This document shows, piece after piece, positions 37,030 through 49,119 of a stretch of DNA of 64,000 nucleotides. Source of the DNA: Heterodontus francisci (Eukaryota). The notes under the pieces are model-generated. The model saw nothing but the letters and a program-made list of their open reading frames with translations. It was not told where the DNA came from and did not search any database. The stretch lies in the NCBI RefSeq assembly GCF_036365525.1, contig NC_090387.1, forward strand, positions 50,335,404-50,399,403. The letters are read 5' to 3'. The translations under genes were made by a program, and so were the position numbers. How positions within the stretch are numbered: the first letter of the stretch is position 1; every line of letters starts with the position of its first letter.

Positions 37030-37277
37030 TATAATGAGTTCGTCTGACGCAATATAAATGAGATGCGTGGAGTCCAGTTGGTTGAAGATGTCAAACAGGT
37101 TTATTACAGCTGAACTATTCTATACAGTGCAGAGCAAACTATTTACAGAACCTTCCTTTGAATGTTACAGTTGCAAAGTGACTCTGGCTTCGAGTCACAT
37201 GACTACGTCCTGGTACTTACCTTGTAAGCATACTAAGATCTTCAACGGACATCGCTCTTAAAGGAGATCATACAACA
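37030..37277 (-). repeat. 5' LTR of the Gypsy element (248 bp)
   Basis: Direct repeat of 29937-30061 plus 31010-31132; adjacent to the PBS. Confidence 0.93.
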
Positions 37278-37289
37278 CTTTTAGATTAG

Positions 37290-38660
37290 GATTTTGAATT
37301 TAATGTGACAGGGAACCAAAGACAGTGAAGGGAGGATTTACTATAGTATAGGATACGGTGGCAGAGTTTGGACAAGTTACAGTTTATGTAGGGTAGAACT
37401 TGAGTCTGATGAGAAAATTGCTCGTGTTATCAAACCTGGAGATATTGTGGATAATTTAGTGGTTGTGGACAGTGCTGTGATGGCGAATAAATTGCTTTAA
37501 AGCTCAGCACTGGATCTAACAGGGTACCAAAATTGAGTATCATCTGACTGATTCCTTCTTTGTGTCTTGCCAATTTAGTGATCAGTGTGCACGCTTTGGT
37601 GAGACATTAACATCGATGACATTTGTTGTATTAATGCTAAATTGGAGAAAACTTCCTCTTCAACTTGATGTTGGACAAGCCATTGGATAGAACAGAGTAC
37701 AGGGCTGTAGTGGAGAGGTAGAACTGGATGCCATTTTTATTGAAGCTGGCCCCTGGCTATAGATGATGTCACTAACAACCAGGCCATTTACCATTTAGAC
37801 ATGGATGGAAGGGTATTGAGGATAGATTTTTGGGGTACACCCAAGTTGATTATGTGGGGATAGGAGGAGTTGCCAGAAATGAACTGACTGTTGACATTTA
37901 GGAGTGAAACCAACAGCGTGCAGTGCCATGGCACTGAGTTGGAGATGGGGGGATTAGGGTGGTGAGTATGGAGGTTGGAAGCTACAGTGATGTGAGATTG
38001 GGGTGTAAGTATTGGGCAAGATTGGAAAGGAGAAGCCGAAAGAGCCAACAGGGTATCCTTCAGTTCTGATGAAAGATCACAGACCTGAAACGTTAACTCT
38101 GCTTCTCCCTCCACAGATGCTGCCAGACCTGCTATTTCCAGCACTTTCTGTTTATATTTCAGATTTCCAGCATCTGCAGTATTTTGCTTTTATGTTAGGA
38201 TATCCTTGAACTTCAAGTTGAAAAAAAGTCCATGAACATCTTATGCTTGCAGTTGAAATTATGATGCATATTAGCAGAAGAAAGGAGATGGGGTAGGTGG
38301 TTTGTTGCTAAGAACAGGAATCTTTGGTTATCCTTGCCTTGCAGGATATCCATGGAGTGTTAGGGTAACTTGACTATTGAGTGGAAGGTACATCACCTTA
38401 AGGTGATCTAGCCAGATCTGGCAGTGAATTACTAGGTCAGTTGTGTGCTTACAAGCCTGCAGCGCTCAAATTCAGTACAGGGGTGGAATTGCACAAGGTG
38501 TAACTGAGAGAATTGAAAGGGGCAAGGAAAATAAGGGAGCTGTTATGAAGGTTAACAAAAGCTGCAGTGTAATGGCATGTCGAGGGCCAGACAAGAGGAT
38601 GCTGGAATCTGAGCTGGTGGATAGTTTCCCTGAGCGAAGCTTTGGAAGTGGGTAGGGACG
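37290..38660 (-). mobile_element. Old L2 LINE remnants
   Basis: Decayed LGVPQKSIL (GVPQGSIL) RT motif and L2-like downstream sequence. Confidence 0.55.
38062..38098 (+). ncRNA. Minimal type I hammerhead ribozyme motif (in a repeat copy spanning 38062-38192)
   Basis: AGTT-CTGATGA-AAGATCACAGACCT-GAAA-CG-TTA-ACT: conserved CUGAnGA, GAAA and UH boxes, short stem I, stem II hairpin, palindromic AACGTT stem III. Confidence 0.7.
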
Positions 38661-38694
38661 TGCAGATGCTGAAGCAAAGTGATTCAGGAAAAAA

Positions 38695-39085
38695 TGTTTG
38701 CATTTATATAGTGTCTTCCACAACCTCAAGACATCCTAAAGCACTTTACAGTCAATGAAGTACTTTTGAAGTCTAGCCATTGTAACGTAGGAAATGTGGC
38801 AGCCAATTTGTGCACAATGTGCTCCCACAACAGCAATGTGATAATGACCAGATAATCCTTTTTTTAGGTGATGTTGAATGAGGGATAAATATTGGCCAAG
38901 ACACCAGAGATAACCCCACCAGCAAAGACAGATGGGTCCTCAGTTTAACGTCTCATCTTGAGCGTGCAGCAGCCCCCCAGTACTGCACTGGAGTGTCAGA
39001 CTAGATTTTTGTGCTCAAGTCTCTGAAGTGGGACTTGAGCCTACAGCCTCTTAACTCAGGCAAGAGTACTACCAACTGAGCAATA
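38695..39085 (-). mobile_element. DeuSINE (SacSINE1/AmnSINE-like)
   Basis: Minus-strand tRNA head (gctcagttggtagtactc...ggctcaagtcccact), Deu-like core, and tail ...ctatataaatgcaa. Confidence 0.75.
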
Positions 39086-39619
39086 GTTGACAACTTGAAG
39101 GCTTTGTCAGTTATAGAAACATGAGACGTGGCAAGGCCTTGCAAGGTGGTGAGAGTGGATGTAGAAGTTCATCTACAGTGTTAGATTGTCTGCATCTTCA
39201 CACAATCGGAGGTGAGGGGCCTGGAGGAGTTTAGATTGAAATCCTCAAGGACAAATTGCTATTCGACAGTGTAGTGAGGGGAGATTTCAGCAAGGAAGTT
39301 GCTACAAAATTTTGGAGATGTGGGAGTAGTGGGTGGTGCTCAAGGAAGGAGAGGGTCTGAGAAACATATGAGAGGTGAGGACCTCCACTACATAATTACA
39401 GAGCAACTGTTACAATTGGAATTGTTTGCATCAAATTAATACAATTTGTCTTTGCATAATAATACAAATAAAGAGCATGTTATGCTTCCCCACATCTGTT
39501 GTCCGTCTTGATTTAAACAAAATAATTCCTAACTACCCTCCTGTATTGTAATCTTATGAATCTGGGCAAAAGTCTGCCTGAGCAAGTTTCAGGTTAAAAA
39601 CCTGATTGTGCATCTCTGA

Positions 39620-41480
39620 TTCACAGAATTACAGAATTGTTATAGCACAGAAGGAAGCTATTCAGCCCGTTGTGTCCATGCTGGCTTTCCGAAGGAGCAA
39701 TTTACCTTGTGTCACTCCCCACCTTCCTTCTCCCTGTAGCTTTGCACATTTTTCAGTTAACAATCCAATTCCCCTTGAATTCCTCAATTGAACCAGCCTT
39801 CACCACACTTTTGGGCATTGATTCCAGATCCTAATAGCTGCATGAAAAAGTTTTTCCTCATGTCTCATTGCTTCCGTTGCTTCTTTTGCCAATTGCCCTA
39901 AATCTGTGCCCTCTTGTTCTCGATCCTTCCACCAGTGGGACAGGTTTTTCCTTATCTACTCTGTCCAGCCACCTCGTGATTTTGAATAACTCTATCAGAT
40001 CTCCTGTCAACTTCTCTTCAAGGAAACCAGTCCCAACTTCTCCAGTCTATCTACGTAACTGAAGTTCCTCATCCCTAGAACCATTCTTGTGAATATTTTC
40101 TGAACTCTCTCTAATGCCTTCACATCTTTCCTAAAGTGTGGTGCCCAGAACTGGACACAGTACTCCAATTGAGCCCAAATCAGTGTTTTACAAGTTCAAC
40201 ATAATGTCCTTGCTTTTGTACTGTATGCCTCTATTAATAACGCCTAGAATGCTGTATGCCTTATCAACTACTTTCTCAACCTGTTCTGCCACCTTCAAAG
40301 ACTTTTATACACATATAGACCCACATTCCTGTGCTCCTGCATCCACTTTAGAATTGTTTCCCTTATTTTATATTGTCTCTCCACGTTCTTCCTTCCAAAA
40401 TGAATCACTTCACACTTCTGTGCACTAAATTTAATCTGCCACCTGTCTGCCCATTTCACCAACCTGTCTGTTCTTTTGAAGTTCTACACTGTTGGATCCC
40501 ATCGATTACAAGGAGAGACAAAGTCCGACCGTAACTTTTAGAAACTTTATTGCAGTATATGGTTGTTACGTTGCAAGGTTACAAAAAACAAAACAAACAA
40601 CGAACAAAGAGTAAGAGGGAAGAGAGAACTCACTACAGCAAGCCTTTCTTAGTTATTCAAACAAAACTCATAACCCCCCCCCCCTTTGTTTCTGAGTGGT
40701 TCACAAACCTCCGCAATTTCGTGTTGTCAGAGCCTGATTGGTATACTCGTTGACTGACCATCAACAATGGGCAGCTAATAAGCTATCTGCAGTTGTCCTG
40801 TTAGCTTCTGCTTGTTATTGTTACAAGTTGACTCCACAGCATCACAATTAGTTGATTAGCTTACTTTTAATCTGTTCTCACAGTCACTTTTACTCTGTTC
40901 CCACAGTTACACTATTCTCCTCACTTCACAGTGCTTTCAAGTTTCGTATAATTTGCAAACTTTGAAATTGTGCCCTGTACACCAAGGCCTAAGTCATTAA
41001 TATATATCAGAAAGAGTAAGGGTCCTAACACCGACCCCTGGGGAACTCCACTACAAACCTTCATCCAGTTCCAAAAACATTTGTTAACCACTACTCTTTG
41101 TTTCTTGTCACTCAGCCAGTTTCGTATCCATGTTGCTATTGTCCCTTTTATTCCATGAGTTATAACTTTGCTCACAAGTCTGCTGTGCAGCACTGTATCA
41201 GATGTCTTTTGGAAGTCCATGTGCATGACATGATATGCATTACCCTCATCAACCCTCTCTGTTACCTCATCAAAAAGCTCCAGCAAGTTAGTTAAACATG
41301 ATTTGCCCTTAACAAATCTATGCTAGCTTTCCTTAATTGGCCCACAATTGTCCAAGTGGCTATTCATTTTGTCTCGAATTATCGTTTCCAGGAGCTTCCC
41401 CACCACTGAGGTTAAACTGACTGGCTTGTAGTTGCTGGGCTTATCTTATTCTCCAGCCCTCTGGTACCACCCCTGAATCT
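39620..41480 (-). mobile_element. CR1 LINE, 5'-truncated
   Basis: HMDFQKTSD, GVPQGSVLGPLLFLIYINDL, KFANYTK. Confidence 0.9.
40490..40908. mobile_element. Insertion of about 420 bp (solo-LTR-like) inside a CR1
   Basis: TGTTGGA...TCCCACA near-inverted ends; TACAC flanks both sides; the CR1 resumes after it. Confidence 0.55.
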
Positions 41481-42078
41481 AAGGAAGACTGGAAAATTAT
41501 AATTTCTATGTTCACTACCAGGAGAGGGCCAATGCCAGACCACCTCTATCAAGCACATGGCACCAGAGAGTTTCCAAGTGGTGTGATCATCTATTATTGA
41601 TGCAGGCGAACAAATTGATTATAGTTTTCAGTCTTTGGGGAAAATACTTCAATGCGTATCTCATGAGATTTTTTTTTAACCACCAATTTCTCTAACCCTA
41701 CAGTGGAGGTCTATGAGCCACATATAAAATTTTACATTTGCTTGTGTTCATGCTGCTGATGCAAACAAATCATGATGTGCATGTGATGCTGAAACAGTGC
41801 TCAAAATTTGTTCTTAATTTTTTTGATATCGAATTCTTCTGCCATAATTCTTTCTGAAAGCATTTCTAGGAGTCTAATGCCTACCAAGTAGAATTCATTT
41901 CTGTTATTCCAAGTCCAAGTTATTCCGAGCTGAGGAGAATAATTTTACTGAGTCTTGAGCACCAAAATTATTTGCTCATCATTTACTGTTTGTGTAGTAA
42001 GAGAGCTTCATCTTTAGTTCTGGCCTTGTCTTAAGTACAGGTGGTTTGCGTAATGCAAGATAGAAGCACAGGTGAGAG

Positions 42079-42321
42079 TAAAGCCTGGCTCGGGTATAAA
42101 GTTAAAACCCAGCCCGAGTCCGTTAATTTTTTCTCATACCCGACCCGAAAATAGCAAACATATTATTGAAACATAAAATCATAGATTAAAAAGAAAACAA
42201 TACAAAACAAAACAGCCCAGCCCAACCCGAACCCGAATGCTGAACAGAGAATATCAACCCGACCTGAACACAACACATGTAGTTGGGTTTGGTCGGGTTC
42301 GGGTCGGGTAGCTAGGCTTTA
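42079..42321. mobile_element. hAT-type MITE
   Basis: TIRs TAAAGCCTGGCT / AGCTAGGCTTTA; perfect 8-bp TSD GGTGAGAG; ACCCGA subterminal repeats. Confidence 0.9.
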
Positions 42322-42873
42322 GGTGAGAGCATGTATAAAAGATACAATGTTAAGTTTGTCAAAGGGGTACATTGTTTCCCCTAGGTTAAGTTATTGTATA
42401 AGTAAATATTGGGTAGTGTCTGGCAGCTCAGGAAGGTAAACAATGGTTGCAGGAGCAGCTGATGTCACTGAACCTAGCAAGGTATCTGTTGTAGCCTCAG
42501 ATTTATAACAGACAACATCAGCGAACCTAAGTCCAAAGGGCTTAGGCGCAGCTTGGCACAGCCAAGTTTTAGGGAACACCAATTGTGTAGAGGGTGTTCC
42601 TGGATTTTAGCCAGCTAAAACTGCATAACTTACCAGTGCAGAGCATTGGTATACTTGTCCAGCCTGTGCCATCCTACCCAATAAAGCATTGGCTTAGATG
42701 GTTATCTGGAGCTGAGTGAAAAGCACCCAGTTAGAAGTCTATCACTCAGTTTGGAGTAGTGAACCAACTGGTAGATCAATAACCATGCTCTGGAGTACTG
42801 TGGACCTGTCTGACTAAGTATCTGTTGGAGAAGATTGACATGGTTCTGAGTTTACTTCACCAGCCCTGTTGTC

Positions 42874-45800
42874 TTTTTTTTTGTTCATTCATGGGATATG
42901 GGCATTGCTGGCTGGGCCAGCATTTATTGCCCACCCCTAAATACCCTTGAGAAGGTGGTGGTGAGCTACCTTATTGAACCTTGGGGTGTAGGTACACCAA
43001 CAGTGCTGTTAGAAAGGGAGTCCAGGATTTTGACCCAGTGACAGTGAAGGAACGGCGATATAGTTCTAAGTCGGGGTGGTGTGTGGCTTGGAGGGGAACT
43101 TGCAGGTTGTGGTGTTCCCATGCATCTGCTGCCCTTGTCCTTCTAGGTGGTAGAGGTTGTGGGTTTGGAAGGTGCTGTTGAAGGAGCCTTGGTGAGTTGC
43201 TGCAGTGCATCTTGTAGATGGTACATACTGCTGCCACTGTGCATCGGTGGTGAAGGGAGTGAATGCTAAAAGTGGTGGCCAATCAAGAGGACTGCTTTGT
43301 CCTGGATGGTGTCGAGTTTCTTGAATGTTGTTGGAGCTGCACCCATCCAGGCAAGTGCATACTCCTGACTTGTGCCTTGTAGATGGTGGACTGGAATTGA
43401 GGAGTCAGGAGGTGAATTACTCGCCGCAGAATTCCCAGCCTCTGACCTGCTTTTGTAGCCATGGTATTTATGTGGTTGGTCTAGTTCAGTTTCTCGTCAA
43501 TGGTAACCCCCAGAATATTAGTGGGGGATTCGGTGATTGTAATGCTATTGAACATCAAGAGGAGATGTTAGATTCTCTTTTGTTTGAGATTGTCATTGAC
43601 CACACTTCAGTGGCGCAAATGTTACTTGCCACGTATCAGCCCAAGCCTGAATATTGTCCAGGTTTTGCTGCATCTGGACGTGGGCTGCTTCGGTATCTGA
43701 AGAGTCATGAATGATACTGAACATTGTGCAATCACCAGCCAACATTCTAACCTTATGGTGAAGGGAAGGTCATTGATGAAGCAGCTGAAGATGGTTAGGC
43801 CTAGGACACTACCCTGAGAAATGCCAGCAGTGATGTCCTGGGACTGAGAAGATTGACCGCCAACAACCATAACCATCTTCTTTTGTGCTAGGTATGACTC
43901 CAACCAGCAGAGAGTTTTCCCCTGATTTCCATTGACTCCAGTTTTGCTTGGGCTCCTTGATGCCATACTCAGTCAAATGCTGTCTTGATGTCAAGGGCAG
44001 TCACTCTTGCATCACTTCTGGAGTTCAACTCATTTGTGCATGTTTGGACTAAAGCTGTAATGAGGTCAGGAGCTGAGTGGCCCTGGCAGAACCCAAACTG
44101 AGCGTCAGTGAGCAGGTTATTGCTGAGCAAGTGCTGCTTGATAGCACTGTCGACGGCCCTTTCCATCACTTTGATGATTGAGAGGAGACTGATGGGTCAG
44201 TAATTAGCCGGGTTGGATTTGTCCTGCTTTTTATGGACAGGACTGGACAATTTTCCATATTTTCAGGTAGATGCCAGTGTTGTAGCTGTACTGGAACAGC
44301 TTGCCTAGGGGCGCAGCTAGTTCTGGAGCACAAGTCTTCAGTACTATTGCCGGAATGTTGTCAGTACCCATAGCCTTTGCGGTATCCAGTGCCTTCAGCC
44401 GTTTCTTGATATCACGTGGAGTGAATCGGATTGACTGAAGACTGGCATGTGTGATTCTGGGGACCCCAGGAGGAGGCCGCTATGAATTATCTACTCGGCA
44501 CTTCTGGCTGAAGATGGATGCAAATGCTTCAGCCTTGTCTTTTGCATGAATGCGCTGGGCAGCCCCATTGTTGAGAATGGGGATATTTGTGGAGCCTCCT
44601 CCTCCTTCTGTTAGTGTTTAATTTTCCACCACCATTCCCGACTGGATGTGGCAGAGCTTAGATCTGATCACTTCGTTGTGGGATCATTTAGCCCTGTTTA
44701 TCACATGCTGCTTCTGCTGTTTGGCATGCAAGTAGCCCTGTGTTGTAGCTTCAGCAGGCTGCCATCTCATTTTGAGGTATGCCTGGTGCTGCTCCTGGCA
44801 TGCCCTCCTGCACTCTTTGTTGAACCAGGGTTGGTCCCCCAGCTTGATGGTAATGGTAGAGTGGGGGATTTGCTGGGCCATGAGGTTACAGATTGTGGTT
44901 CAATACAATTGTGCTGCTGCTGATAGTCCACAGTGCCTCATGTTTTGAGTTGTTAGATCTGTTTGAAATCTATCCCATTTAGCACAGTGGTAGTGCCACA
45001 CAACACGATGGTGAGTATCTTCAATGTGAAGATGGGACTTTGTCTCCACAAAGACTGCGTGGTGATCATTCCTACCAATACTGTCATGGACAGATGCATC
45101 TGCGACAAGTAGATTGGTGAGGGCGAGGTCAAGTATGTTTTCCATCTTGTCGGTTCCCTCGCCAGCTGCCGCAGACCCAGTATAGCAGCTATGTCTTTTG
45201 GGACTCGGCCAGCTTGGTCAGTAGTGGTGCTACCGAGTCACTCTTGGTGATGGACATTGAAGTCCCCCACCCAGAGTACATTCTGCGCCCTTGCTACCCT
45301 CAGTGCTTCTTCCAATTGGTGTTCAACTTGGAGAAGCACTAATTTGTCAATAGGTGGTAATCAGCAGGAGGTTTTCTTGCCCATGTTTGACCCGATGTCA
45401 TGAGACGTCATGGGGTCTGGAGTCAATGTTGAGGTCTCCCAGGGCATCTCCCTCCCAATTGTATACCACTGTGCCGCCATCTCTGGTGGGTCTGTCCTGC
45501 CGGTGGGATAGGACATAGCCAGGGATGGTGATGGTGTTAGGGACATTGTATGGTTTGATTCTGTCAGTATGACTGTCAGGCTGTTGCTTGACTAGTCTGT
45601 GGGACAGCTCTCCCAATTTTGGCACAAGCCCCCAGATGTTAGTAAGGAGGACTTTGCAGGGTTGGCTGGATTTGCCATTGCCGTTTCCAGTGCCCAGATG
45701 GTCCGTCCATCCATTCCTTTTCTTAGACTTTTTAGCAGTTTTTATACAATTAAGTGGCGTGCTAGGCCATTTCAGAGGGCAGTTAAGAGTCAACTACATT

Positions 45801-46054
45801 GCTGTGGGTCCAGAGTCACATGTAGGCCAGACCAGGTGAGGATGGCAGATTTCCTTTCCTAAAGGACATTAGTGAACCAGATGGGTTTTAACAACAATCG
45901 ACAATGGTTACCATTAGACTAGCTTTTAATTCCAGATTTATTAATTGAATTCAAATTTCACCAACTGCTGTGGTGGGAACCTATGTCCCCAGAGCATTAA
46001 CCTAGGTCTCTGGATTACTAGTCCAGTGACAATACCACTATGCCATCGCCTCCC
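42874..46054 (-). mobile_element. Near-full-length CR1/L2-group LINE (APE + RT, decayed) with tRNA-derived 5' head
   Basis: Endonuclease NIWGL...IPGY...RQDR...GGTVVY and LDLALTN...DH; RT QFGF...DIKTAFD and QGSVLG; poly(A) 3' end at 42874-42882; tRNA-like head at about 45965-46054. Confidence 0.88.
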
Positions 46055-46635
46055 TGTACACCTTAACTCCGAAGAGCTTACCAAACATTGTTTAAACTAT
46101 AACAAAAGTAAGAGGGGAAAAATGGTATTCCTTTTAGCAAATTCAAGAAGCTCGGATGGTAATCAATCTAATTGAATTGGCAAAGTTAGTATAATCCTTG
46201 TCTATATACAGGTGTTCGTTCTAGGCATTACCATCAATCATATTGAAAACTGAATTTCTCACTGGTGATGTTCAAGTCATTGCAGAAGTTAAATGCGTGT
46301 TAACTGATACAATCTGAAAGGCACTCTACTTTGTGTAAAACCTTAATCAACATTAAGCTTTAATTATATGAACCAGCAGTATGCTTATTTTGGTTCACAA
46401 ATTGCGTCGATATGTAAAGGAATGTAGAATACCATGTACAGACAAAGGCGTTATTAATGTAAAGGAAGGTTACCACCATAGACTGCGCATGTAGAATATT
46501 GGATCAGAAAGAAACTAGACCAAAATGTCATTGCCTTTCTACAGGATGTATTAATTGAGAATCAGTTGTATAAGTGGGTATGAGTGTAGGACCTTATCGT
46601 CCCCTATGATGAACTGAAATTCTATTCTCTGATAG

Positions 46636-46808
46636 TTACAGAGCGTGTCTCCTGATGTCCGAGAATTTGCATGTGCAAATATTTCAAAACTTGTCCAGGA
46701 GAAAAAGGTGATCCCTTCATTTCTGCGGAAAGATGCTGTTCGGTGTTTGGGACCTATGTTGCTTGATCCAAGTGTTGCTGTCAGGGAGACAGCTGCTGGT
46801 GCACTCAG
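46636..46808 (+). CDS. HEATR3: HEATR3 coding exon 2 ([21 protein letters not shown]...[10 protein letters not shown])
   Basis: Acceptor tctctgatag; donor AG|GTTAGC; 173 nt. Confidence 0.95.
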
Positions 46809-47154
46809 GTTAGCACAAAATGTTTTATAAGTTGTTACATGTGTCAAGTCAGATTTTGGTGATAACATTGTTCAATATTTTTTTAGACAGGACATTTACT
46901 TGAATGAGAGTATTTTTATCCAAACAGGGACAAGAATATCAAGATTTCAAAACTATAAGATTATAAATTACCATTTTCCTGTAACACAATTGGTGACTGT
47001 CAGCTTTTTAATAATGGATGTCTTTTTTTTTTCCAGGAATAATGATTTATAACAACTGCACCAGGACCTAACTGATCAAACAGGGAGACTTTTTTTGGTG
47101 GGGGTAGGGGGGGAGGGAAGAGAAATATTAAGTAATTTGTTGAAAATCAACTTT

Positions 47155-48077
47155 ATCGATCTATATTAATGACTTAGACCTGGGCACAATTTCAAAATTT
47201 GTAGATGACATAAAACTTGGAAGTATTGTAAGCTGTAATGAGGATAGAGATCGACTTCAAGAGGACATAGACAGGCTGGTGGAATGGGCAGATGTGTGGC
47301 AGATGAAATTTAACGCAGAGTGTGTGAAGTGGTGTGTTATGGCAGGAAGAACGAGGTGAGGCAATATAAACTCAAGGGTGCAATTCTAAATGGGGTGCAG
47401 GAACATATAAACCTAGGGTTTATGTGCACAAATCTTTGAAGGTGGCAGGGCAGGTTGAGAGTGGCTAACAAGGCATATGGGATTCTGGGCTTTAGAGTAC
47501 AAAAGCAAGGAAGTTATGATGAAGCTTCATAAAATACTGGTTCGGTCTCACCTGGAGTATTGTATCCAATTCTGGGCACCACACTTCAGGAAGGATGTGA
47601 AGGCTTTAAAGACGATACAGAAAAGATTTACGTGAATGATTCCAGGGATGAGCAACTTCAGTTACATGGATAGATTGGAGAAGCTGGGGTTGTCCTCCTT
47701 AGAGAGAAGGTTGAAAGGAGACTTGATAGACGTGTTACAAATCATGAGGGGTCTAGACATAGTAGATAGGGAGAAACTGTTCCCATTGGCAGAAAGGTTG
47801 AGAACCAGAGGGCATAGATTTAAAGTGATTGGCAAAAGAACCAAAGGTGACATTGAGGAAAAACGTTTTATACAGTGAGTGCTTAGGATCTGGAATACAC
47901 TCCTGAAAGGATGGTGGAGGCAGATTCAATTGTGGCTTTCAGAAGGGAATTGGATAAACACCTGAAGGGGAAAATATTTGGAGGGCTATGGGGAGGGGGG
48001 TGGGACTAGCTAAATTGCTCTTGTGGAGAGCTGGCAGACTCAACAGGCTGAACGGCTGCCTCCTTTGTTGTAACCAT
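47155..48077 (+). mobile_element. CR1 LINE 3' portion
   Basis: IYINDL...KFVDDIKL; LEYCIQFW; RLEKLGLSSLERRLKGDLI; RTRGHRFK. Confidence 0.9.
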
Positions 48078-49047
48078 TATTACGACCGAGGCGGGAAGAG
48101 TGCACTGCCTTTTCTAGTTCCACTTCTCCACAGGTCACAACATCTGTTTAAATGTTTATCTAGTTACCGATACAGCCAATCATATACTTTTTTTTTGGTT
48201 TTTTAATCCCTGAACAAAATACACCAACCAGGTTTCTATAATAAACAACGAAATTATCAGTTTATTATAAAACAAGACTTAACCAGTAACGAAGCAAAGC
48301 AGGTTAAAATATGAAAGTTCCCTTTTTAAAAATTCTCCGACTGCGCGCACTCACACAGGAAAAACAGACAGGAATTCACTCTGCAGAGGTCTGTTACAAA
48401 AAAAAAGACAAAAAAAACTACTTTGGCCAAATACTTGCTAATTCTTGATGATAAAAGAAAGATGTGGAAGGAAGTCAGTTGTCCCTTTTTTTTTTTTGGT
48501 CTGACATCCGGGTATACGGAGACGGGTCACTGGGATCATTTCAGAAGCAGTCCGTTCTGGAGATGTTGAGAATTATTCTAGTAGGCTTTCTAGGAGAAAT
48601 GTGGCATCATCCGCCAGCAAACATCTGAATTGCAGGATTGTTTCCAGCTCCTCGGGAGCTATACGGCACCAGGGATTTTTTTCCCCACACTGGATCTTGG
48701 CAGGACCTCTTCAAAGAGGTAGAGGAGGAGGTGAGCTGGGTGTTTTTCCTTGGCAGGAAAACACCAACTGTCTTCTAACAGTGCACACCACAACTGACTG
48801 AAAACAATGTTCAAACCGAAACCGAGAGTCGACCTCCTGACCTCCACAAACCTTGACGTGGCATCTCTGTAACCATTTTTTTCCCCATGTCACCAAGGGT
48901 TATGCTGTTTTCTGAGCCCAAATCACAGGTGGCCTCTAGAACAGGTGGCTTTCAAACAATATCTTAAGTCCTGTTGGTGAACTTGGTTTAAAAACACAAG
49001 TACTCAAAAAAAAAAAAATTAAAAGAAATGGAAGCATTTTTGTAACA
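48078..49047. mobile_element. Solo LTR (970 bp) just upstream of HEATR3 exon 3
   Basis: T(A)TTACGACC...TGTAACA ends; 4-bp TSD CCAT (48074-48077 / 49048-49051); inserted in a CR1 3' tail. Confidence 0.82.
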
Positions 49048-49119
49048 CCATTCTGTGATATGCTTCGAAGTGGGGTTGTAAACATGTCCATGTCTAATAT
49101 GAATTGTTTGTTCTAGCAG

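Larger units (their letters stand above)
29937..37277 (-). mobile_element. Full-structure but defective Ty3/Gypsy LTR retrotransposon in HEATR3 intron 1
   Basis: Paired LTRs, TG...CA ends and a 5-bp TSD CTTTT (29932-29936 / 37278-37282). PBS at 37016-37029 and PPT at 31133-31145. Minus-strand gag (zinc-knuckle remnants), protease (IDTSA), RT (CIADD), RNase H (VDAS) and integrase (ISDNGPQY...SNGLAE) in Gypsy order, with many frameshifts and stops. Confidence 0.95.

Noticed and set aside
42100-42310. Short spaced ACCCGA repeats as a CRISPR-like or satellite array
   Set aside because: This is eukaryotic DNA, the spacing is irregular, and the repeats lie between hAT TIRs with an 8-bp TSD; they are subterminal transposase-binding motifs.
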